64,000 nucleotides of DNA from Takakia lepidozioides (taxonomy: Eukaryota; Plantae; Bryophyta). Positions 24,172 to 35,974 of the stretch are shown here, one piece after another (position 1 is the first letter of the stretch; each line of letters opens with the position of its first letter). The notes beneath the pieces are model-generated. The model saw nothing but the letters and a program-made list of their open reading frames with translations, was not told where the DNA came from and did no database searches. The DNA is taken from contig CM060733.1 of the NCBI GenBank assembly GCA_030704615.1, positions 25,172,001 to 25,236,000 on the forward strand. Direction: 5' to 3'. Both the position numbers and the translations under genes were made by a program.

Positions 24172-27100
24172 ATGGGGTCAGGCAAGCGAAAGCGAAAGCG
24201 GAATGGCCCGAAAGATGATGATCCTGGTGAGCCCGATGGGGGCGACGTGTCACCGAAGCGGCCATTTGAGGAAGCGATGCATGCTTTTGAAAATGAGGCC
24301 GCTCAAGAACGGGAGGAATCTGAGGAGTCAGAGCCCGAGGAATTCCAGAGAGCTCCGACAGACCAACAGATGCCTCCCATGCCAGCAGCCTTTTGGGAAG
24401 GGTTGTTGGCGCAGTTTGGCGGGACGTTAAAAGACGTGTTGGAGGCGGCTAATGCCACTTCCACTAAGGCAAAATTTAAGGTGAAGCCTAAGGAACCCGG
24501 CACCTTCGAGGGCGTCCGAAATCGGAAGGCACTCAACACCTGGCTCTTGGAGCTAGAGCAGTACTTCCGGGCGGCCAAGTTGAGTGACGAGGATCGGGTG
24601 GAAGTGGCTCCCACCTATTTGAGGGGCTATGCTCAACAATGGTGGGCAGAAACGCCTTCACGACCGAGGTCCAAATCCGGAAACCTTGAACTGGAGTGGG
24701 TTCAAGGAACTGATGAAGAGACAATTTGTGCCCCTCAATGCGTCCTGGCTTGCCCGGGACAAGATGAGGAATCTGAAGCAAACGGATGACATTCGGGGAT
24801 ATGTTCAGGCTTTCAATGTGCTGTTGCTCGAAGTCGCGGACATGGCAGAACCAGAAATGGTCTTCAACTTTGTGGCGGGACTGGCCCCATGGGCCAGACA
24901 GAAGTTGGAGGAGAAGCCACCTAAGACTTTGAACGAGGCAATTGAGAGGGCTGAATGTTTCTCGGATATCCCTAAGGGCGAAAGACAAGGCCGTACGGAG
25001 CTGAACCACAAGAAGACCCGGCAGGAGGGTGACTCCTTCCGACCGGAAAAGAAGTGGGATAGGCCACGCGGCGACAATAGCACATGGAAATCGAAGGGAG
25101 GGCCCTCACACGTCAAGACGGCACCCGGTGCCTCGAAAGAAAAACCAGGTGCGGCGGCTTATGGCGGGCAGAAGGCGACCTTCGATGGAGTGTGCTTTAA
25201 TTGCGGGGAACCCGGGCACATGACAAAAAAGTGCGCGAAACCCCGACAATTGAACATGACTCGGGCAACCACGGAGTTGTCCGAGGATTCCATTAGCCGC
25301 TTGGTGGAGGCAGTGGTTGCCAAGACTTGCAAGGTACACAACTATTCTTGTGAGTTGTATCAGGAGACTGATGCCCTGCGTAAAGGGAGTCAGTTATTGT
25401 TCGTGAGTGGGATAATTTCCGGAACTAACGTGTCGTTGTTGGTGGACACAAGAGCGTGGCACTCCTTCATGACACCGACAACGGCACGGAAGCTGGGACT
25501 CCCGACAAGTGATGTGGGGGCCCCTATTGAGGTGCGTTATGCCAAAGGGGAACCACAATTGGCGACGAGGTTGGCGTTCGATGTTCCTCTTCAGCTCGAG
25601 AGTTGGGAGGGACGTGAGAACTTCACCATTTGCGAGATCGATGGAGTGGATCTCATTTGGGAATGACATTTTTGAGCAAATCCGGAGCGGTCATAGATGG
25701 CCGTAAGAGAGTAGTCACGCTACCGTGTGGGAATGGTGGCGAAGTTTTAAGAGTGTCGAAAACGCCCAACCCATTGGGAGGGCGAATAAACCTGTTGACA
25801 GCAAATGAGTGGGCCGTGGAGGAGCCACACGAGCCCCAGTTTCTGCTTTCCGTGAGACAAGTGAAGGGAGAAGGCGATAGGGAGCCGAGCTCAGATTGGA
25901 TCGAGGGGAGGACAAGGTATGGTTTATATGAGTTCTTGGTGATGCCTTTTGGGCTCACCAATGCACCCGCGACCTTTAGCACGCTAATGAACAACCTTTT
26001 CTAGGAGTGGTTGGATGACTTTGTGATCGTGTACATCGACGACGTCTTGGTGTACTCGAAAACAAGGGAAGAGCACCTGGAGCACCTAAAAAGGGTGTTC
26101 CAGAAATTACGGGAAGGGAAGCTGTATGCCAAAGCTTCAAAGTGCGAATTCGGGGTCACAAAAGTGGAGTTCCTGGGGCATGTGATTACACAGGATGGGA
26201 TAAAAATGGATGACAAAAAGGTGAGGGCGATCTTGGACTGGGAGCCTCCGACTTCGGTCCCGAGAGTGCGATCATTCTTAGGACTCGCCTCCTATTACCG
26301 AAAGTATGTGAGAAATTTCGCCAAGATCGCGGGGCCGTTGTCAGACCTTCTGTGTAAATCCAAGGTATGGGTATAGAACACCTTTTGTGGCCAAGCTTTT
26401 GCCGAGTTGAAGCAGCGGATGGCGGAAGCTCCAGTCCTGAAAATCCCGGAGTTTGACCGCCCATTTGAGATTCATACGGATGCGTCGGACTTCGCGATTG
26501 GAGGTGTACTCATGCAGGATGGACGTCCAGTGGTTTACGAAAGTAAGAAACTGAATGAAGTGGAGCAACGGTGGCCAACGCACGAAAAAGAGATGAAAGC
26601 GGTGGTGCATTGTCTTGAGCTTTGGCGCCACTATGTTGGTTCCAACCCGGTGAAGGTGTTCACGGACAATGTCACGGTGAAGTACTTTGCCACGCAGCCT
26701 AAGTTGTCCCCAAAACAACTTAGGTGGCAAGACACTTTGGCGGTGTTCGACGTGGATATCCAGTACAAACCGGGACGGGACAATGTGGTGGCCGATGCTT
26801 TAAGTAGAAAGCAGCAGCTCATGCTAGTGTACAAGGGCGAGACGGCGCCCCAGAGGAAGATTCGGAAGGCTTACCGGAAGGATGAGATGGCGAAGTCCGT
26901 GATGCGGGACTTGAGGATGGGGGTTAAATCACAATTCCACTTGCAAAATGGACTACTCCGGTACAAGCAAAAACGTCTCTACGTGCCGAAGGGAGGGATC
27001 AGAGATAGTCTCTTGAGAGAATGCCATGATGGCCCGCTTGCGGGCCACGACGGAGCCAAGCGCACCGCGGCACTCTTGAAGAAAGAGTATTTTTGGCCCA

Positions 27101-28299
27101 AACTGAGGGAGGAGGCCGAGGAGTATGTCAAGACATGCACCACATGCCAACAAAACCGGAGCAAGTACAAAAAGCAAGCGGGGCTGTTACAACCCTTGCC
27201 GATTCCAGAGGGGTCTTGGGAAAGTGTCTCGATGGATTTCATGACTGCTATGCCGCTATCAAAAGGATTCGATGCAATCATGGTGGTGGTGGATAGGTTC
27301 AGTAAAATGGGCCATTTCATCCCCACCAAGGAGACGGCAACGACGCAGGAGACGGGGCGGCTTTACTTCGCCCACCTCTTCAATCATCATGGACTCCCGA
27401 AGGATATTGTCTCGGACCACGATCCAAAGTTTACAAGTAAGTTTTGGAGGGCACTTTGGAAGAAAATGGGGACGAGGCTCAAAATGAGCACCGCCTTCCG
27501 ACCTACGACAGACGGCCAAACGGAAAGGGTGAATTCCGTGGTGAAGCAGATCTTGCGGAATTACGTGTCAGCAGACCAATCGGACTGGGTGGAGCACTTG
27601 GATGCGGCATAGTTCTGTTATAATAACACAAAACATTCCGCAACGGGAGTTTCCCCCTTCGTATTGGTTTATGGAAAAGCACCTCTGGTGCCGACAAGTT
27701 GGGCCGCCCAAGACGTTGAGGAGCCGACAGCAGTGGCAGTGCTGGAAGAACGCGAGCGTTTGTTGAAGCTCGCAAAGTATAACATTGCCAAAGCTAGGAA
27801 ACGGTATGAACGACAGGCGAATCGAAAGCAGAGAGAGGTTAAGTTTGAGGCAGGCATGGAGGTCTGGTTGAACATCAAGAATTTTTGACTACCTCCGGAA
27901 GTGAGTCCGAAGTTCGTACCTCCGTATGCGGGACCTTTTCACATCCGGAAGGTTATGAATGAGGATGTGTATGAACTGGAGCTGCCGGCAAACAGCAAGG
28001 TGCATCCGGTATTCCACGTCTTCCTTTTGAAGCCTTACTTCAAAGATGAAGCACGTCCGAATCGGCATCAAGTGTTGCGTCCACCACCTGTGCTATTAGA
28101 TCATGAAAATGAACCTGAGTACGAGGTGGAGGCAGTGCTTAAGTCGAGGAGGTTCAAGCATCGGGAAACGGAGTATCTCGTGAAATGGAAGGGCTATCAT
28201 CATGTGGAGGCATCTTGGGTGCGTGCCTTAGAAATGGGAAACGTATCCGAGGCGGTTGGAGCTTTCGAAGGGCGACCTCAAAAGCGGAAGAAGCGTTGA
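24172..28299 (+). pseudogene. Element D gag-pol (Gag, CCHC, PR, partly deleted RT, RNase H, INT, chromodomain)
   Basis: CFNCGEPGHMTKKC; LVDTRAWHSF (mutated PR); [21 protein letters not shown]; FEIHTDASDFAIGGVLMQDG; SVSMDF; EYEVEAVL..EYLVKWKGY..EASWV; many stops; N-terminal RT missing near 25900. Confidence 0.92.
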
Positions 28300-28844
28300 T
28301 GGGGACATCAACCTTGGATCGTGGGGGACGAAATGCATGCTTAGCCCGGCTTAGCTAGCTCAGGAATCCGATTGCAAAAACTTGTATTGTACAAATTTTG
28401 TTATAAATGAAATGGTTTCCAAATGTTGTGCGTCCTATTTTGTTTGGAATGGTGATGCATGGTATGGTTGGCTAGTGTGTAGAATGCATGCTAGCTTACA
28501 AAAGTGGGAGAGGTAAATTGGGTTAATTGTGTGTTTGTGTAGTGCCAAAATCAGGTGACTCCCACCCAAGGGACAAGGAAACTTGCACCTTCGTTGGGAG
28601 TTCACGTGCTAGTGCGCACCTGACGCGTGCACATACTATAACTGCGCTACCGAGGGGGTTGCCTTACAGTGCGGGGTAACGCGGAAGCTACGTGCTTCCA
28701 TTCACGTACTATAATCGTGTAGCCTCGGGACGAAGTCGTAGTGCGGCTTCGGCGTGTTCCCATACCTCAGGCCAGCATTCCAAGGCGGACCCAATTGTAG
28801 TGATTGGGGCGCACGGTTGGTTCAAGGTTATCTTAAGATCGAAT

Positions 28845-29301
28845 CCAAGGGTGGGGCCTCTCAAGCTCCTCCCAGTGCACTCTTCTTGACCTACTTCAGG
28901 GCCAAGGAACGATCCTCCCCGAGGATCGAATCGCCTTACTGCAACAACATTTGCTTGCGACTTGCTCGTGATGTCGTTTTTTGGCATCATCTTGAGCAAG
29001 GGTTCACCTTGAAGCTTCCTAGTAAAAAAGGGTTCAAGGTGAACCCTTGCTCAAGGTGATGCCAAAAAGCGACATCACGAGCAAATCGCAAGCAAATGTT
29101 GTTGCAGTAAGGAGCTTCCTAGTCAAAAAGGGTTCAAGGTGAACCCTTGCTCAAGGTGATGCCAAAAAACGACATCACGAGCAAGTCGCAAGCAAATGTT
29201 GTTGCAGTAAGGCGATTTGATCCTCGGGGAGGATCGTTCCTTGGCCCTGAAGTGGGTCAAGAAGAGTGCACTGGGAGGAGCTTGAGAGGCCCCACCCTTG
29301 G
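28845..29301. repeat. Long inverted repeat (169-bp arms) with an internal 100-bp tandem duplication in the 3' UTR of element D
   Basis: 28845-29013 is the near-perfect reverse complement of 29133-29301; 29013-29112 is duplicated at 29113-29212. Confidence 0.93.
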
Positions 29302-29489
29302 CCGGGACTTGGAGGAAGTCAGCCGAACTAGCTAGTGGAGAGTAGAGTCAAGTGGGGGTTTGGTTCTTAGCCATGGGACGCCATGGTGCGGAAACAAACT
29401 CCTTGATGTGGGACGCCACAGCTTGGATGTTCGTTTCTACAAAATAGACAAGTCGATGAGGACATTGACTCCCTGTTGGTAGGGGTGTG

Positions 29490-30212
29490 CGTCGCGGCCC
29501 TTCGCCTTGAGGGCAGGGGGTCGGGACACGAGAGGGGCTGCCCCTGTGGTGGGGGCAGTGGCGACGATAGATGCGGGGGCTAAAGCACCCTTGAGTGTCC
29601 AAGGCACTCAAGGGGGGGCGGAGGCGCTCACTAGGTGGAGCCTCGCACACCGGGTTGCGGTGGGGGGTGGTTCCACGAGGGGTGGTGGTAGCTTAGTGGG
29701 ACTTAGTGGGGGTGGCATAGGACTCACCATGGGGGCGGAGATTTGTGGTGGGAGTCGTGGGGAGTCTTGGGACTCATCACGGTCCAATGGGACTGTGGTG
29801 AGTGGGCCAAGACTCACCGCGACACCGGGAATCGAGGGGTTTCGTGGTGGTTCGCCATAAAATGACATGGTTGTTTGTGAAACCCCCGCGGACAGTCACA
29901 GAAGTATATATAGGGAGTAGTAACCCCGAGAACGGTGCAAGCCCGTTGGTGACCAAAAACTAGTGAGTAAGCGTGCGAGCCGGAAAGCGACCAGGGTGTG
30001 GGGAGCTATTCCGGACTGCCATCGACCAAAGGGAATTTCCACTAGGCCCAAATTGGGAGAGGGTCTTGTGGGGGAGTGAAGGGGGACCGTTATGTCCCGG
30101 TGAGCAGCCGAAGCTCCGAATTGGTCCGGCGGCCAGTTAGGGAGTTAGGCGCGCGCATCAGAGCGAGTAACTATGACTTGAAAGGGAGCTTACCGAAGTG
30201 AGGTGCGCGACA
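29490..30212 (+). repeat. 3' LTR of element D (723 bp; first base T>C)
   Basis: Direct repeat of the 5' LTR, preceded by PPT-like GGTAGGGGTGTG. Confidence 0.95.
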
Positions 30213-31064
30213 GTCCAGTTGAGGCCAGCACGCAGCCGACTCTGTTCAACGAGCCAGGATCCGGACTGGTGGACAGGAATTGTAGTTGGGTCCTCTGAGT
30301 CAGTGTGGTCGTGAATCTGCTGGACAGTGTGCAGGGCACTATCATTGTGGTTACTGCTTTCAGTCTGCTGGACGGTCTGGTCATTGGTATGCTGGATGGT
30401 CTGCTTGACAACAACGTCATTGGTATGCTGCACGGTCTGGTGTAGAGGCAGTCCTTCAGTCTGCTCATGAGTCTCCTCGTCCTCGGTGTGGCCTGTAGTG
30501 CGCCCACTCTCCTGAACAGTGACTGGGATAGTGTTGATAGTCTGTCCATGCTCTTTTTGTTGCAGTGGGTCAGTCTGCTGAGCAATGGCGTCTTCAGCAG
30601 TCTGCTGAACGGTGTCATGGAGTCCCTCTAACGCCAGCACAACATCTCGTGCACCTCTGGCAAGGGAATCGAAATCACACTACACGTGCTCGTCTAAATC
30701 GGACAATCCTGAAACAGATGAGTTGGACAAAGTGAGTCTGACAGGATGGTGGAAGAAAAAACCATGAACTTCACAACGGTCCAGAAGAAGTCGGCATTAC
30801 CTTCTAGGAGGTTGCCAATGAGACCAATATCTTTGATTTGGCGTTCCAAGCATGCTCCATCGAGATGGCGAATCGCTGACATGCGGTTTTCAAATGGGGA
30901 GCCGCACCAAAGGACTTTGAACACATCCGGTTTGTTCAACACAATATCGAACACTGCTCGCTCCATTACCGCAGCAAACCATTGCAACGCCTCATCCACA
31001 ACACTCTTCTTACCCGCATCTGAATCTGAATGAAACAAATACTTCCTCAAACTTTGCAGGTCCT
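30213..31064 (-). pseudogene. Probable upstream coding segments of the Ulp1-like gene, between elements D and C
   Basis: Minus-strand ORFs 30694-31050 (globular) and 30213-30640 (QQT/DQT-rich, same composition as 22835-23170); contiguous with 23388 once D is removed. Confidence 0.5.
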
Positions 31065-32092
31065 TGTCGCGCGGCTTTTACTCACCCATCCCTTCGCTAT
31101 CCGAGGCGGAAACTCCAAGATAGAAGAGTTGGAAATCTCTAAGTACTCAGCCCGCGCAGAACAATCAGTCATGACCTACAGCTAGTGTATCATGGGGGTG
31201 TTTCCTATGCGTTTCCCTTTTCTCATTCATCTTAGCTACCTTTGGCATTGATAATTAAGTATCAGTTTGCTTCATCAATCTATCGGTTTCCTTCACTCAT
31301 CCATTCAATCCACAGCTTCTCTCAGATCTCTCTACACAGTGTGATTGTATCGTATAAGTATCAGATTATGATTTATCAGGTATCAGGCCGAAGTCATTAT
31401 GTCTCTAATCTGCTCTCCAATATCACTACAGCTTTGCATATAACAAGCATCTACTAATCCTCTTTCCTCCTTCATCGTGCTCTCCATCTCTTGCCTCCGA
31501 TCTCCGCTCCTGCCTGACTCCGAAGTCCCCCTCCGAATAATGATGATCCCTCTTCATTCCCCGTTTCTCCCTTTATCCTCCTATCCGCGGTTCTAACCGT
31601 TTCCCTCTCTAACCGTCGTATGTGAACTAACATGTTCCCTTCACAGGTGTTGTTCCCCACAGTCGTTCCCTGTCCTACTCTTCGTTCCCTATTATCGTGA
31701 CAGCTGTGTCAAGCGGTGACTGGCTGTGTTTGGCTGTGTCGGGCTGTGCGGGCTGTGCCGGGCTGTGACTGGCTGTGTGGGCTGTGTCTGCTGTGACGAC
31801 TGTGACGGGCTGTGTGGGCTGTGTGGGCTGTGTCTGCTGTGACGACTGTGATGGGCTGTGTGGGCTGTGTGGGCTGTGACGACTGTGACGGGCTGTGTTG
31901 GCTGTGTGGCCTGTGACTGCTGTGTCGGCTGTGTGGGCTGTGACTGCTGTGTCGGCTGTGTGGGCTATGTAACCCCCCTCTACAGTGCGCTGCTGTCACC
32001 CCTAAGGCTCCTGTTGGTCTCAGTCTGTGCAAAAATTAAGGGTACCCTACAGATCCCGTATAAGTGTCTAAGTCCCCTACAGTCCTCTAACA
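31065..32092 (-). repeat. 3' LTR of element C (1,028 bp)
   Basis: Reverse complement of the A LTR, differing mainly in the CACAGC array; left flank GTCCT. Confidence 0.92.
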
Positions 32093-32130
32093 TTACCCCT
32101 TCCCCCCTCAAAAAGCCGTGTCCTCACGGT

Positions 32131-35100
32131 TTACTGTTTCCGAGTAGCAAACCTTTGTGAGTGAGCACCTTGTTGACGTTGAGAGTTTCGTGGTGGGCTG
32201 TGTGTACGAGCCCGAGGTCTGTCTCTGGTTGATGGAGATGGTTGATCACTACCTGGATAAGTGAGGCCTTCTGGAGGCTGATATCGAGGTAATCTTTCCG
32301 GCATAGGAGATCCCCTTTGTTTCTTCTCTTCCATCTGAATTGCATAGTCTTCTCCCATGTCAAAAGAATTGTGTGAAGAAACAGTTGTATCAGAATCCTC
32401 ATCGCCTCTCAGGTGTTTTAATTTTCGAACTTTTTGTGGAATCATCTGGGGCATACAATGCTGTCCTACCATGTCTGGAAGTTTGTATTTTACAACTTGG
32501 TGTAACCGCTGAACAGCAAAATTGGTGTAGGCACTGAGCTCCTTGTCTGTCCAGATGAGTGGGGTACCAATTACTGGTGCAGCGTGCAAGTACTTCCATG
32601 CCACATGTCCCTTATAGAAAATGTCATCAAGTCCGAATTTCTGTGTTGACAATTGGTTGCAGGCTGCTTGAAACCATGAACGAATTTGAGAATCCTTCTG
32701 CATCATAACTTTTGGGTCATATAGGTACATATGAGGTGGCACCGAAGGTAATACCCAATGATCTCCACTGGAGTAACTTTGAAAGCGTGTTTGCATCTTT
32801 TGTTGCTCAATGTGGTAACGTACCAGAAAACAAGCAGCGTAGTATAGCCCGCACCCCATGACAATACTTGCTATCTCCTTGGTCTTGGTATAAATGAGTC
32901 CATGTACAACCTGGAAAGCAACCAATTCCCTCAACATGGTACCTGCCTCGTGCCAGTATTGTGCAAAGTGATGATCTTCAATATGTCGATTGTTTGGAAG
33001 AACTTTAGTCCTAGTTGCCACTGGCAGCCAAATACGCATGATTTGGTAGTAATGTGCGAATGACTGCGGAGGACTAAATTCTTTCCAAGCCAAATCCAAC
33101 ATGATGGGAATTTGGTTGAAGGGCATAAGCATAGCCCTGCTGTACTCCCTTGCAGCTGGAGTTTTAGGTGGGTTAAAAGCGGCATTGCCCCATACCTCCG
33201 GCTGTGGTGGCTGTGGTGTGGTTGTAGTAACCACAGGTTCAGCTACTGGTACAGTGACCTGTTGTGGTGGTGGTGGTACTGGCTCCTGTATCATTGGCAT
33301 CTCCTGCACCTCCTGTGAAGACTGAAAAGCCAGAGTTCTGGCTTGCAAATAAGAAGCCATTAGCTGTTCTTGAGGGATATAGACTCTTTGGTCGATGTTT
33401 GAAGTGAGGTCTTCCACTTGAGTCTGGAGTCCGTCTACATCCTCTTGTAACTCTGCTATCCTACTATAGACATTGTCTATAGTAGTTGTGGCAATGTTCT
33501 GCACCTGCAGTCTGAGCTCATTCATCTCGCTTTGGGTGAGCTTTCGTGGGCTTTTGCCCTCTACTGGCCCTTGTGCTAACCAGACCTGCATAAGGCTGTT
33601 ATCCACCAAGCTGCTTGTGGTTCCCCTGAGAGTTTGCTCTTCTCTTAGCTTGTACAATTCCAACTGCTGTTGTAAAGCCTCCATGCGCTTCGCCTGTGGC
33701 TCAACCAATTGCGCATAGGCAGCAAGTAGATTATTGGCTTCCTTCCAAGCCTTGTTACTGACCGCGATTTCATTTCTATTGGCCACGATGGTTTGTTGCA
33801 ACTCCACGATGTGTTTCTCTTGATCAGCTTCCCTCTGCCTGTATTGCTTGAAAGTATCTTCATGGCGACAGATTGTATTCTTCATATCGACAATGAGCTT
33901 CATTTGCTCAACATTCTCTTCTTCTGCCTTCGTACATTTTTCCGCTTGACTGTTTATTTCTTTTGTTGATTGGTCAAGCATAGTTGTAAATGTAGCACAT
34001 TGTATCGCCATCCTGTTATGCACTGTCTGCAACTCCGTATGTAGTGCATTCAGTTCTTGCAACTTGCTTTCATGCTGCACCTGCATTTGGTATAGCTGTT
34101 GCTTATGTGCTTCGTGCAACTGGTCTTGCGCGAGGTTTGCCTCAATCAATTGTTGCTTGGCCAACTGCAAAGCCATTTCTGTATTGCCCAAGTCCTGCTT
34201 CATCTTGAGAGTGACCTCTTCATCGACCTTGTTTGCACACTCAGTGGCAAGTCGAGCCTCAAACTCCTTCCTGAGTTCCTCTTTCAAGGCTGTCAATTGG
34301 GTAATTGGAACATGGGATTTGACATAAGTCCCCAACAAATTAAGTGTCCTGCCTATGGAACTCATCAGCATTGCCTGTTGAGGGTCATCATGGTGAGGTT
34401 GCTGCTGTTCCTCCCGATCTTCAACAGTATGATGTCTCACTAACCATTCAGGCCATTGTCCCACCGGATTTTCTTCCTGAACTACTTCATCTATGACTGG
34501 TGTTACAGTGTCATGACCTTCCGCCTGTGGTACCTCCAACACAGGTGTGTGCATTATATGCACCTCAGGATTTCCCTTGGGCAACTGTTGCACCTCTGGG
34601 ATTTCTGTCTCCTTGACCAGACCAGAATATTCATAGAGAAGGTCCCCTTTCTCTATTTCTGCCACTATCTGTTCTGTAGTTGGAATCTCTATCCCTTCAC
34701 TTTCCAAATCAATTATTTCGGGTTGAGCTGCATGGATAACTTGTGACCTTGTGACAAGTCGTTCAAGTGGCTGTGTTGGCTGTGATGCAGAAGTAACTTC
34801 CTCCTCCCTCTCTGAAGGTCCTGCTTCCAGTAATAACATTCTTTTGTGCTGCTGTGCCCCTTCCTGGTCATGAGCTTGGGAAACATTATCATGCGGAATC
34901 CGTGAAGCCAGTGGATCCGCCACTACAGTCTTTCCCCTTCTCTGCCTCTTAGTCTCGGGTTGTGCTGCTAGTCCACCCTCACTGTGTGAAGAGCCTTGCT
35001 CTTCCATTGCAGTTGTTTCTGGCTCAAACACTCCCATTTCCTTCCTTTCTTGTGCATTAAGTATGCCAGAATTAAGGATTATTTGAGCAATGATTGGGCC

Positions 35101-35974
35101 AGACACTATGATAGGAGACTTTGCGGTAGTACCTTGTAATCTTTTCATCTCCTCTACTAGTGCGTTGTACATATGTCCGCCCATTGTACCTCTTGTCCCT
35201 TCAGGCCTTTGAGTATTTCCTCTGTGAAGGATCTGCTCAAATATTGTTGGTTCTGTTTCAGGGCAAACAGAACGTTCAATACCTGGCCTATCTCTTTTAA
35301 CCCTGGGTACACAGCTTTGGTACAAGCATAACCCTGAGTTTTAAAGAAACTCCCTTCTTGGAATAAGTCCCCTATTTGCAGTCTTGCCCTGTGTTCCCCC
35401 ACATGCACCTGACCTGCTGGCAATCGAAACAATTGCTGGAGGTATAGGGGAGTAATCATTAATTCAACTCCCTTCACCGTTGTTGTTCCTGTCCTTGGCT
35501 CAAAGTTCTGCAAAAATTGTAACATGTACTGTCTATGGTGTAGTGTCCAATCTAGACTTTGCAATCCTTCCAATCTCAGCTCCTCCAGTATCTTTATCGC
35601 CTGTGGGGTAGCCATCGTTTGTTTCTGCAGAATTGTGGTGCTCTTCACCCTGATTTCCTCCATTCCTCTCACTCTCTTCATCTTAGACTCACAGAACTGC
35701 TTTGGCTGTAACAACTGCAGGAATGCCTGTAGTGCACAAAGCAGAAACGTATGGTTGCCGCAGAAAGCTATGGGTAATCTCTTGTAAGCCTGCGGGGCTT
35801 GCAAGCATTGTTCAAGAGAAAAGCTCTGCTCTTCGTTTCGTGTCTATGCCATTGCGTAAGTAATATTGCGAGCGTATAGTCTGTTAGTTCCTCCATAGTT
35901 TCCAAGTTATAGCATTTATGGCCTGTCCTGTCGAGACGCCCGTTACTCAGAACGACGCCGCCTCTTGCGCTCAA
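32131..35974 (-). CDS. Element C extra region (~1,280 aa; frameshifts at ~35830 and ~35173)
   Basis: ORFs 35768-35974, 35157-35804 and 32131-35325 are collinear with A 2061-5906. Confidence 0.82.

Larger units (their letters stand above)
23389..30212 (+). mobile_element. Chromovirus Ty3/Gypsy element D (Galadriel-like) with both LTRs, defective; TSD GTCCA
   Basis: Two near-identical LTRs, PBS-Met, gag/pol with chromodomain; GTCCA at 23384-23388 and 30213-30217. Confidence 0.95.

Noticed and set aside
28845-29301. Hairpin as a hammerhead ribozyme/retrozyme
   Set aside because: No CTGATGA…GAAA catalytic core seen in or next to the arms.
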